A stretch of 64,000 nt of DNA from Clostridia bacterium (GTDB taxonomy: Bacteria > Bacillota > Clostridia > Christensenellales > Aristaeellaceae), in the NCBI GenBank assembly GCA_017395065.1, contig JAFPWH010000002.1, forward strand, positions 2,156-66,155, given 5' to 3'. The position numbers were made by a program, and so were the translations under genes. Shown here piece by piece: positions 56,121 through 64,000 of this stretch; the first letter of the stretch is position 1; each line of letters begins with the position of its first letter. The notes below the pieces were generated by a model that was given only the letters and a program-made list of their open reading frames with translations, had not been told where the DNA came from and did not search any database.

Positions 56121-59100
56121 TTATTCCTTTGTCCACGCGCCGAACACGGCGCTCAGCGGTCCGCGCCGCCCGGCGGCGTCAACCGCCCGCACGCGGTAAA
56201 AGTAGCGGCTGTGGTGCTTTAGACCCTCGTCGACGTAGCGGCCGACGCAGTATTCCTCGGGTTTGACGAAGGCGATCAGGCTGGCTTCGTTCGCTTCAAA
56301 GCCCTCCTCTTCGCCGCGGAAAAGCTCGTAGCCCTTCAGATCCTTTTCCTTCGGCGCGCCCCAGAGCAGGTAGAGCATGCCGTCCTTTTCGCCGCGCGCG
56401 GCGCAGGGCCTTTGAATGAGGCCCGTATAGGCGCTGCCGATCACGGGAACGGCTTCGCTGTTTTCTGTGTCCGTTTCGGGCGCGAAGGGGCGCAGGACGA
56501 ACCGTTCGCTCCTGAGAAGGAGCGTTCCGAAGCCGGATTCAGGCAGACTTTCCCGCGCCCTGCCGTCCACCGTGCAAAAGCTTGCCTCGGTTCTTCCGAG
56601 CAGCGCCTCGTTCCATTCGGGCATACGCAGTTCGCGGCCGTAGAGCCGAACGATCAGCGCGTCCGAATCGGGCGCGGGCTTCACGGTCAGCACGCGCGCA
56701 AAGGCGTTCAAAAGGCTTAAGCTGTCGCCCGCAAGGCACCCGTTCTGCCTGCCGACGAACGCGGTCAAAGGGGGATTGAGCAGCTTTTCGGCGAATTCCG
56801 GAAGCCCTGCCCGCACATGATCTCCCTCGTACGACGTGACCGCGTAGCGCAAGCGGAAGTTCATGTGGCTGCCGCCCGCCGAGTGCATCTGCAGCCAGTC
56901 GTTGACCAGATAGAAGTACATCGCCGAGCCCTCACCCGGCAGACCGAAGTCTGTTTTATCCGGATGAATGTGGTCGAATTCGACCAGCTCGCTGTCCCAT
57001 TGGATCACGCCTACGCCGAAATCGCCGTTTTCCGCGCAGACCCACTCGTGCGCGGCCATGTAGACGTCGGTGCCGTGACCGGTGACGTCCTTTGCGTACT
57101 CCGCTTCGCAGCCGTTGAGCGCGCATATGCGCCTTGCCGAGGGCACCTCGAAGGGGAAGGCCTGGTAGGCGTAGCGGAAGTAGCGCGCGTCGTTGTACAG
57201 TCCCCGCACGTGGCTTAACGTATTTTCGATCCGGATCAGCCTTTCGCCCCTGCGCAGGCTTACGCGCTGAAGGACGGCTGCCCCGCTCAGGGCTTCCTCC
57301 GCATGGGCGAATACCTCCGTTCCAAAGGGAGAGGTCAGCACTTCGAAGCGCGCCCGGCCCGGCACGGCGAAGCTTTTGTGCCCGTCCTGCGTCCAGACGA
57401 AGCAGTTCGCGGGAAAAGCGGCGTTTTGAGAAACGAGCTCGCGCCCGAGCGCCTTGTCGAACACGGACGCAAGGCCGCCGTTTTCCGAAAAGCGTACGCG
57501 GTAGTATTCGTTCTCGATCACGGGCGGTTCGCAGCATTCAATCTTTTGTTTTGCGTTCGGAACGAACTTGTCGAGCGGCAGTTTCGTGTATCCCATCGGC
57601 GCCAGTACCGCGCCCGGGAAGATCCTGTCCATGTATTCGACGTCCGTACGCATTTCGCGCGCCGTCGTGTTGAACGCGACCACGCACGGCCCGTCCGTAT
57701 GGATCATGGCCGATATCGCCTGAAGCGCCTTTTCCGACTCGTCTTTTGCCGTGCACAGCGCGGTGTCGATCCAGTCGCGGTGCTGCATCCAGGTTTCGTA
57801 CACCCGCCGCCCCTGATAGCCGCTCGTGCCGTAGGAATGCTCGTCGTTGCACAAGAGCGCCTTCCACGCGCGGTCGATCCTCAGGCTCGGGTAACGGAAG
57901 TCCGCGCTCACGAGCGACGCGAAGGAGCACAGTTTTTCCGCGGCGGGCAAGAGCCGGTCGGCCTCCGTCTTTTTGGCGAGCAGTTCGGGCGCGGCTATGG
58001 GGTGCTGGTACCAGCCGCCCGTGATGTCGCCGCGAAGGGTGGGGATAATGTCTCCGAAGCGCTCCCTGAGCAGCCTGAACGGCTCGTCCGGGTCGCCCAG
58101 CGTGCGAAGGCGCGGCCAGCGCCATTTTTCGTTCCACAGGGCGATCAGGTCGGTAAGACGGAGATTCGGCACCTCGTCGTCCCCGTAACAGGGCAAAAGC
58201 CACAGATCGTAGGGCACCGCCGCCTCCATGCGCGGCAGCTGTTTTGCGAAATGCGCTTCCATGCGGCGAAGGGCATAGCCGTCCGGGTAAGTATCGTAGC
58301 TGAAACCGAAGATCACCCCGCCCTGACTGTACATGCCGCCGGACCAGACGAGCAGCGGTTTTCCGCCGTGCGCGCTCTGCCAGTAGAAAACGCGCGGCAG
58401 CGAGGAACCCCAGCGCATGTCCATGCGCGAGCCGCCGCCCCCGGCTTCGGGGTTCAGCTCCGCGCCCGGCAGCGTGTGATCCATCTGCCAGACCGTGGAA
58501 ATGTGCGGGTTCCAGTGGTTCGGCGAAAAAATGACGTTTTCGTATCCTGCGTCGGAAAACGGCTGCACCATGCCCCAGGACATGCCGTTAACGTCGATCA
58601 TCGCGAGCGTTTTACACTCGACGTCCCATTCGTCCCTGAGACGTTTCCTTTCGCAGGCTGCCCGCGCCGTTTCCTCGAGGCCGAAGGTCTGCGTGTGGTT
58701 GCCAGCGAGGCTCGCGCACACGCCGATGCTCCCGGCGTGCACGTAATCCTTTACCAGCCGCCTTGCGCATTCTTCCCCGTGCTCGCCCGCGTGGCAGTCA
58801 AATACCCAGGTGCCCTCGAGCACGTAGCGGAAGCGGTCGGCTTCCTTCCTGCCCTGCGTTTCGTCGCACAGCTTCATCGCGGCGTCGACGGCCGAGGCGC
58901 TGTTGTATCGCTGAACGTAGGGCGGATTGTGCAGCCCTATGTCGGTGTGGGAGGAGATCATGACGTAAAACGTCCATTCGCGCGGGCGCTTCCAAACATC
59001 TTTATGTGAAAACACGGTTTGACCGCTTTCGTCTATGCAGACCCAGCGCACGGCTCTGTCCTCCTTCGGCGCGGGCAAAAGCACGCTGCACGCGCTCTCT

Positions 59101-59261
59101 CCCGCGCTTACGGCGAAGGAGGACGCGCACAGCTCGGCGCCCGTTTTAGCGTCGAGCGCCTTCAAAACGCAGTGCATCGTGCGCGGAGAATTTGCTTCCA
59201 GCGCGATTTTTTGCCTTCCCTCGTTGTCCACCATGGACAGCGGACGGACGTTCAGCTCCAT
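56121..59261 (-). CDS. Glycoside hydrolase family 38-like (alpha-mannosidase) with a C-terminal FN3-like domain
   Basis: ~1046 aa from the ATG at 59261 (MELNVRPLS...). 'ISSHTDIGLHNPPY' metal-binding region. Large central beta-sandwich. The C-terminal ~100 aa are FN3-like. The ORF-track N-terminal 157 aa (Arg-rich) overlap the upstream activase gene and are rejected. Confidence 0.6.
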   Translation of the reverse strand: MELNVRPLSMVDNEGRQKIALEANSPRTMHCVLKALDAKTGAELCASSFAVSAGESACSVLLPAPKEDRAVRWVCIDESGQTVFSHKDVWKRPREWTFYVMISSHTDIGLHNPPYVQRYNSASAVDAAMKLCDETQGRKEADRFRYVLEGTWVFDCHAGEHGEECARRLVKDYVHAGSIGVCASLAGNHTQTFGLEETARAACERKRLRDEWDVECKTLAMIDVNGMSWGMVQPFSDAGYENVIFSPNHWNPHISTVWQMDHTLPGAELNPEAGGGGSRMDMRWGSSLPRVFYWQSAHGGKPLLVWSGGMYSQGGVIFGFSYDTYPDGYALRRMEAHFAKQLPRMEAAVPYDLWLLPCYGDDEVPNLRLTDLIALWNEKWRWPRLRTLGDPDEPFRLLRERFGDIIPTLRGDITGGWYQHPIAAPELLAKKTEADRLLPAAEKLCSFASLVSADFRYPSLRIDRAWKALLCNDEHSYGTSGYQGRRVYETWMQHRDWIDTALCTAKDESEKALQAISAMIHTDGPCVVAFNTTAREMRTDVEYMDRIFPGAVLAPMGYTKLPLDKFVPNAKQKIECCEPPVIENEYYRVRFSENGGLASVFDKALGRELVSQNAAFPANCFVWTQDGHKSFAVPGRARFEVLTSPFGTEVFAHAEEALSGAAVLQRVSLRRGERLIRIENTLSHVRGLYNDARYFRYAYQAFPFEVPSARRICALNGCEAEYAKDVTGHGTDVYMAAHEWVCAENGDFGVGVIQWDSELVEFDHIHPDKTDFGLPGEGSAMYFYLVNDWLQMHSAGGSHMNFRLRYAVTSYEGDHVRAGLPEFAEKLLNPPLTAFVGRQNGCLAGDSLSLLNAFARVLTVKPAPDSDALIVRLYGRELRMPEWNEALLGRTEASFCTVDGRARESLPESGFGTLLLRSERFVLRPFAPETDTENSEAVPVIGSAYTGLIQRPCAARGEKDGMLYLLWGAPKEKDLKGYELFRGEEEGFEANEASLIAFVKPEEYCVGRYVDEGLKHHSRYFYRVRAVDAAGRRGPLSAVFGAWTKE

Positions 59262-59296
59262 GCTCCTTTTTCTCCTTCCTTTTGCCTGCCGGAAGT

Positions 59297-60199
59297 TTAC
59301 CGATTCACGCCGACCGGCACGCGGACGCTGCTTCGCAGCCGCTTTGCAAAATCCTCCGTTTCGTCCTTCGTGGGCGCCGCAGCGCGAAAGCCTTCCGCCC
59401 GGCTGAGGCGAAAAGCCTTCTGTGCGCCCAGCGCGTGATAAGGCTCCAGGTCGATTTGAACGACGCCGTCCAGGCGATTTGCGAGGGACGCGATCGCCTC
59501 CGCGTGCTCCTTCGAAAAATTTACGCCCGGGACGAGCGGGCAGCGCAAAACGATGCGCGCGCCTGCGCTGCTGAGATAAGCGAGGTTTTGCAGTATGCGC
59601 TCGTTCCCAGCGCCGGTACAGCGCGCGTGCGCCGCGCTGTCCATGAGTTTGAAATCGTAAAGAAAAAGATCGACGAAGGGCAGTATACGCGCCATTTCTT
59701 CCTGCCTGCAGAACCCGCAGGTTTCCAGACACACGTTCAGGCCGGCTGCGCGGGCGCTTCTTGCGAGCGTCAGCGCAAAGGCGGCCTGCGCCATGGGCTC
59801 CCCGCCGGTCAGCGTGAGCCCTCCGCCGCTTTCATTGAAAAACTCCCTGTCGCGCAGCGCGAGCTCGATTATTTCTTCGCTGTCCGTCTCTTTTCCGCAT
59901 TTCTCCAGCGCGCCGGACGGGCAGACTTCTTCGCACTTCCCGCAGGCGTCGCAAGATGCGCGCTCAAACGCGTGTCCCGCTGCGCCGAGAACGTGCAGCT
60001 TCTTCGGGCAGACCTTTTCGCACGCGCCGCAGCCGATGCAGCGCTTCGGGTCGAAGAGCAATTCGGCTTCGCTTTTCTGCGATTCCGGGTTATGGCACCA
60101 AGCGCAGCGCAGAGGACAGCCCTTCAAAAACACCGCCGTGCGGATGCCGGGCCCGTCGTGTACGCAGAAGCGCTGAATGTTGAAAATCAGCCCCTTCAT
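59297..60199 (-). CDS. Glycyl-radical enzyme activating enzyme (radical SAM, with a ferredoxin-like insert)
   Basis: 'CPLRCAWCHNPE' CxxxCxxC radical-SAM motif. Two extra Cys clusters (CIGCGACEKVCP; CDACGKCEEVCP). 'GGLTLTGGEP'. Confidence 0.9.
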   Translation of the reverse strand: MKGLIFNIQRFCVHDGPGIRTAVFLKGCPLRCAWCHNPESQKSEAELLFDPKRCIGCGACEKVCPKKLHVLGAAGHAFERASCDACGKCEEVCPSGALEKCGKETDSEEIIELALRDREFFNESGGGLTLTGGEPMAQAAFALTLARSARAAGLNVCLETCGFCRQEEMARILPFVDLFLYDFKLMDSAAHARCTGAGNERILQNLAYLSSAGARIVLRCPLVPGVNFSKEHAEAIASLANRLDGVVQIDLEPYHALGAQKAFRLSRAEGFRAAAPTKDETEDFAKRLRSSVRVPVGVNR

Positions 60200-60202
60200 C
60201 CG

Positions 60203-62311
60203 CTATACCTCGTGCGAGGTCCTAAGAAGCACCTCTTCCTGCATTTCGGGGGATAGCTTTACGAAATAGTCGCTGTAGCCGCCGATTCGCACCACCAGAT
60301 CGCGGTAGCTCTCCGGGTCTGCCTGCGCCCTGATCAGCGTTTCGCGGTCCACGACGTTGATCTGCATCTCGAAACCGCCGCGGCGCAGATAAGTCTTTAT
60401 CAGCGCGGCCGCTTTGGTGCAGGATTCCGCGGTAAAAGTGCTCTTCGTGAACTTCATGTTGACCGCGACGCCGCCGATCAGCTCCCTGTGCGGCCATTTC
60501 GTGCAGGAGAGGATCGACGCCGTGGGCCCGTTCTTTTCCCTGCCCTGACACGGGCCGGAGCCGTCGCCCAGCGGAAAGCCTGCGTGCCGCCCGTCCGGGG
60601 ACGCGCCGGTCCTGCGCCCGAAATACTCGTGCTTGACCCAGCAGAATACGCTGGGGATGAGGCGCGCGTTCGGGAGCATCGGCTCATATTTTTTGCACTC
60701 GGAAACGATGTGCCTGATCAGAAAGTCGAACAATTCGTCCACGCGGTCGACGTCGTTTCCGTATTTGTCCACGCGGTCCAGCATTTTGAGACGCATGGCT
60801 TCACAGCCCTCAAAATCGCTGTCCAGCATTTCCTTGAGTGCTTCGAAGCTCAGTTCCTTCTTTTCAAAGATAAGCGTGCGGATGACCTCGAGCGAATCGA
60901 CGAGGTTCGCCATGCCGACGAAGCTGGGCATGATCCAGTTGTACCGCGCGCCGCCGCGCTCGATGTCCGTGCCGCGAAGCAGGCAGTCGTTTACGAAGCA
61001 GGACAGCAGCGGGTTGATCGTGCGCTCCGCCCGCAAGGCGCGGTATCTGTTCTGCTCCTCGAAGTTTTTGCGGATGGATTCGTCCAGATGCTTTAGCAGC
61101 GCCTGTGTCAGCGCGTCGAACGACGGCCACGGGCGGTCGAGCAGATCCAAAAGCAGCTGGAGCATGTTCGTGTACGGGCTCGCCACCCAAACGTTGCTCG
61201 AGGCCTCGGGCGTGATCTCCACACAGGTGCTGTGAATGTAGCTGTGCGCCTCCGCTTCCGGCACGCCGTATTCTATAAGCCCTGCGCTGATCACGTCGTC
61301 GTTGAAGATCGCGGGATGGGAACGCCCGTGCGAGAGGATCTCGCAGGCCTGTAGGAGCATTTCTTCCGGCATGCCCTCCGTCATGCAAAGGCCCACGGAG
61401 GGGTACACCAGACGCACGTCCTCGATGACCTGAAGCCCCATCCGGGTAAGCTCGTTTGCGACGATATCGCCCTTTGGATTCCTGCCGCCCAGCATGTACC
61501 CGCTGGACAGGCCGCGCGGCACGCGGTTGTTGATCTGTATGGCAAGACAGTCCAAAAGCGTCTGTGCTTCGGCATCCGTGAGTTTCCCGGCGTCCCGGTC
61601 GGCGCGGTAGTAGGGATAGAGGTAGCGGTCGGGCCGCCCCAGCTGGAATTGCTGCATCGAAAAATAGCGGTGCGGGTTCATCGAAAGGCAAAACGTCAAA
61701 AAATGCACCGACTGAACGGCTTCATAAAAACTCTCTGCGGGCTTTGCGGGCACCCGGCGGCAGATTTCCGCGATTCTGCACAGCTCCTTCCGGCGCGTTT
61801 CGTCCTTGCAGCTTTCGGCAAGATGATCGGCGTGCGCGGCGTAGCGCAGCGAAAAATCGCTTACCGCCTTAAGACACGCAAGGCACGCGCCGTAAAACGC
61901 GATTTTGCTATCGTCCGTTGTACCTTCGAGCAGCTTTCTCACGCGCGCGGAAACGCCGATAAGCCCTTCCCTCAAGAGCAGTTCGTAATCCACGGCCATG
62001 TGGGAGTCCTGGCCGATGCGAAGGCCCATGGGATCGGCGACCTCTTTTCGCAGCTTCTCCCAGCGCGCCGCCTCCTCGCCGACCGGCGCGGCGGGCGCTT
62101 TGCCCACGATCAGCTCGCCCTCGCCGATCACGGGCTCAACGGAGGCAAGCGCATGCGCGAACGCGTCCGCGTAGCGCGCTTGCGTGCTTCCCTTGTCCGC
62201 GTTCAGCTGCCATCGCTCGAAGAATTTCAGATAGAACCCGTCGTAACAGATCGCGGGCTCCAGCGCCTCTTTCCTGAGCTTTTCTATGCGCCGCCTGTCA
62301 AAATCGCACAT
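60203..62311 (-). CDS. Glycyl radical enzyme, PFL2/glycerol-dehydratase-like eliminase class, unusually compact (702 aa)
   Basis: C-terminal glycyl-radical motif 'RIGGYSDYF'. Active-site loop 'STCVEITPE' (Cys-x-Glu, typical of dehydratase/lyase GREs). 4 nt upstream of its activase. Confidence 0.8.
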   Translation of the reverse strand: MCDFDRRRIEKLRKEALEPAICYDGFYLKFFERWQLNADKGSTQARYADAFAHALASVEPVIGEGELIVGKAPAAPVGEEAARWEKLRKEVADPMGLRIGQDSHMAVDYELLLREGLIGVSARVRKLLEGTTDDSKIAFYGACLACLKAVSDFSLRYAAHADHLAESCKDETRRKELCRIAEICRRVPAKPAESFYEAVQSVHFLTFCLSMNPHRYFSMQQFQLGRPDRYLYPYYRADRDAGKLTDAEAQTLLDCLAIQINNRVPRGLSSGYMLGGRNPKGDIVANELTRMGLQVIEDVRLVYPSVGLCMTEGMPEEMLLQACEILSHGRSHPAIFNDDVISAGLIEYGVPEAEAHSYIHSTCVEITPEASSNVWVASPYTNMLQLLLDLLDRPWPSFDALTQALLKHLDESIRKNFEEQNRYRALRAERTINPLLSCFVNDCLLRGTDIERGGARYNWIMPSFVGMANLVDSLEVIRTLIFEKKELSFEALKEMLDSDFEGCEAMRLKMLDRVDKYGNDVDRVDELFDFLIRHIVSECKKYEPMLPNARLIPSVFCWVKHEYFGRRTGASPDGRHAGFPLGDGSGPCQGREKNGPTASILSCTKWPHRELIGGVAVNMKFTKSTFTAESCTKAAALIKTYLRRGGFEMQINVVDRETLIRAQADPESYRDLVVRIGGYSDYFVKLSPEMQEEVLLRTSHEV

Positions 62312-62518
62312 GCTCCCGCCTCCCCGAGAAAAACCTCTTTTCTGCCTTCATGATACCACAGGATCGCCCGCTTTTCAAGCGCATATAAAAATGTATCGAA
62401 AAACAGCATAACAGACCCGGCGCGTCCCGACGGCGGGCGTCAAAAAACCCCGCCGCTGAGGACGGGGTTCGTTTACTATCGGATTTTGCGCAGATCGGCA
62501 AAGCCGCAGGCCGCTTTT

Positions 62519-63688
62519 TCAGACGCGCTCGATCTCTTCCCTCAATATGCTCACGGCCTTTTCCAGCTCCTCGAAGCCGATCGTCAGTGGGGGCAGCAGG
62601 CGCACCTTGGCCTTCGCGGTCAAAACCAGTACGCCGCGCGCCAGACACGCGCCCGCGATCTCGCCGGCACTGCGCTCGGTTTCCAGCCCCAGCATGAGGC
62701 CCATGCCGCTGATGCTTTTGAGGCCTTTCGCGCCGTTCAACTTGTCGACGATGAAGGCGCTCCTTTCGCGCACGCCCTGCAAAAGCGCGTCGTCGATCCT
62801 CTCCAGTATGCTGATCGCACCGGCGCACACGGCGGGGTTTCCACCGAAGGTCGAGCCGTGGTCGCCGTATCCCAGCGTGTTTTCCGCCTTTTCGCCCAGG
62901 AGACAGGCGCCGATGGGCAGCCCGCCGCCCAAGCCCTTGGCCGTGGTCACGATGTCCGGCTGACGCTCGAAGTTCATGTAGCTGAAGAGCCTGCCGCTGC
63001 GCCCGTTGCCGGTCTGCACCTCGTCGACGATGAACAGCATGTCCTTCTCTTTGCACAATTGCCAGATGCCCTTCACAAAGCCGTAGTTCAGCGGCATCAC
63101 GCCGCCTTCGCCCTGCACCATTTCAACCATGACCGCGCAGCAGCCGTTTTCTTCGCTGAGCCGCTTTACGTCCGAAAGGTTGTTGGCCTCCGCGTACACG
63201 AAGCCCGGCGTGAACGGGCCGAAGAAGCGGTGAAAGTGATCCTGCCCCGTGGCCGAGAGCATGCCGAGCGTGCGCCCGTGGAAGCTGTTTTTCAGCGTGA
63301 TCACCGTGGAATGGCTCTCGTCGCCGTATTTGTCGTAAGCGTACTTGCGCGCCGCCTTGACCGCGCACTCGTTGGCCTCCGCGCCGGAATTTGCGAAGAA
63401 GACCTTCTTCATGCCGGTCCTCTCGCACAGCATTTTCGCCAGCTTTCCGCAGGGTTCGGTGTGATATAAATTGGAAGAATGGGGCAGCGCGTCCAGCTGC
63501 GCCGTCACGGCCTGCTTCCATTTTTCGTCGCCGTAGCCGAAGATGTTGACCGCAATGCCGCTGCCCAGATCGATGTATTCCTTGCCGTTTTCGTCCCAGG
63601 CCTTTGCACCCTTGCCCCGGACCAGCGCCACGGGAAAGCGCTTGTAGGTGTTTGCGACGTATTGATGATCGGTTTCTATGATGCTCAT
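62519..63688 (-). CDS. Class-III (acetylornithine/ornithine/GABA-type) pyridoxal-phosphate aminotransferase
   Basis: 'GSGIAVNIFGY', 'NSGAEANECAVKAARKY', 'DEVQTGNGRSGRLF', 'TTAKGLGGGLPIGA' (Schiff-base Lys). Confidence 0.85.
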   Translation of the reverse strand: MSIIETDHQYVANTYKRFPVALVRGKGAKAWDENGKEYIDLGSGIAVNIFGYGDEKWKQAVTAQLDALPHSSNLYHTEPCGKLAKMLCERTGMKKVFFANSGAEANECAVKAARKYAYDKYGDESHSTVITLKNSFHGRTLGMLSATGQDHFHRFFGPFTPGFVYAEANNLSDVKRLSEENGCCAVMVEMVQGEGGVMPLNYGFVKGIWQLCKEKDMLFIVDEVQTGNGRSGRLFSYMNFERQPDIVTTAKGLGGGLPIGACLLGEKAENTLGYGDHGSTFGGNPAVCAGAISILERIDDALLQGVRERSAFIVDKLNGAKGLKSISGMGLMLGLETERSAGEIAGACLARGVLVLTAKAKVRLLPPLTIGFEELEKAVSILREEIERV

Positions 63689-63892
63689 GTCTTATCCGCC
63701 TTTTGCTTTGATGCAGCGATTATACCCCATAAGCACCCGTCTGTAAATCAAATAATTGAAAAATATGCGCATATTTTTCAGGCATGATTGCAAAAACGAT
63801 GCATACAGTGTATATCTATGCATAGATGAAGCGCGGCACGGCCCGGCGGGAAATCCGAATTGTAAACACTTCGTAAATTACAAAATTCCCTC

Positions 63893-63925
63893 TTGACAAA
63901 ACGTATATGGGGTGATATTATAGAC
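63893..63925 (+). promoter_or_regulatory. Candidate promoter TTGACA-N17-TATTAT at the window edge
   Basis: ttgacaaaacgtatatggggtgatattata. The downstream transcript lies outside the window. Confidence 0.35.
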
Positions 63926-64000
63926 AAGCTCACCAATTGAGGCGGTTAGCCCCGGCGAGCATCGGACCTTGAAAACGATACAGAGAACAGAACGCAAGAA

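Noticed and set aside
59262-59732. N-terminal 157-aa Arg-rich extension of the GH38 ORF
   Set aside because: It overlaps the GRE-activase gene, has no homology-like features, and is followed by an internal ATG (59261) preceded by an AGGAG-type RBS.

Overview
High-GC (~60-65%) chromosomal segment, most likely from an anaerobic Firmicute/Clostridia-like organism (GGAGG-type RBSs, T-box leader, rubredoxin, glycyl-radical enzyme, PT-rich linkers). About 56 genes read as one dense forward-strand block (1-37.6 kb) followed by mixed orientation. Housekeeping genes (leuS with a T-box leader, gltX, glnS, xth, pepT, ttcA, two mgtE) are interspersed with accessory modules. These are: two tandem secreted WG-repeat/PstS-like fusion paralogs; GH5, GH38 and sialate-O-acetylesterase CAZymes; a sugar ABC importer; XpaC/TelA plus LemA/TPM/TPM stress modules; Fic; a sulfatase; and a large repeat-laden coiled-coil protein. 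The most unusual locus (22.2-27.9 kb) is a five-gene operon: a sigma-70/ECF-like factor, a translationally coupled single-pass membrane putative anti-sigma factor with a PT linker, and three secreted trypsin-like S1 paralogs. Two of the three paralogs have lost catalytic-triad residues, and all three share a C-terminal beta-rich domain with the anti-sigma extracellular region. Other notable items are a gltX-coupled operon encoding an alkaline-phosphatase-superfamily enzyme plus a degenerate P1B-type ATPase homologue, a compact (702 aa) glycyl-radical enzyme with its activase and an aminotransferase, a palindromic intergenic repeat present at two loci, and a heavily structured 430-nt intergenic region. 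The many long antisense ORFs in the six-frame track are high-GC artefacts.
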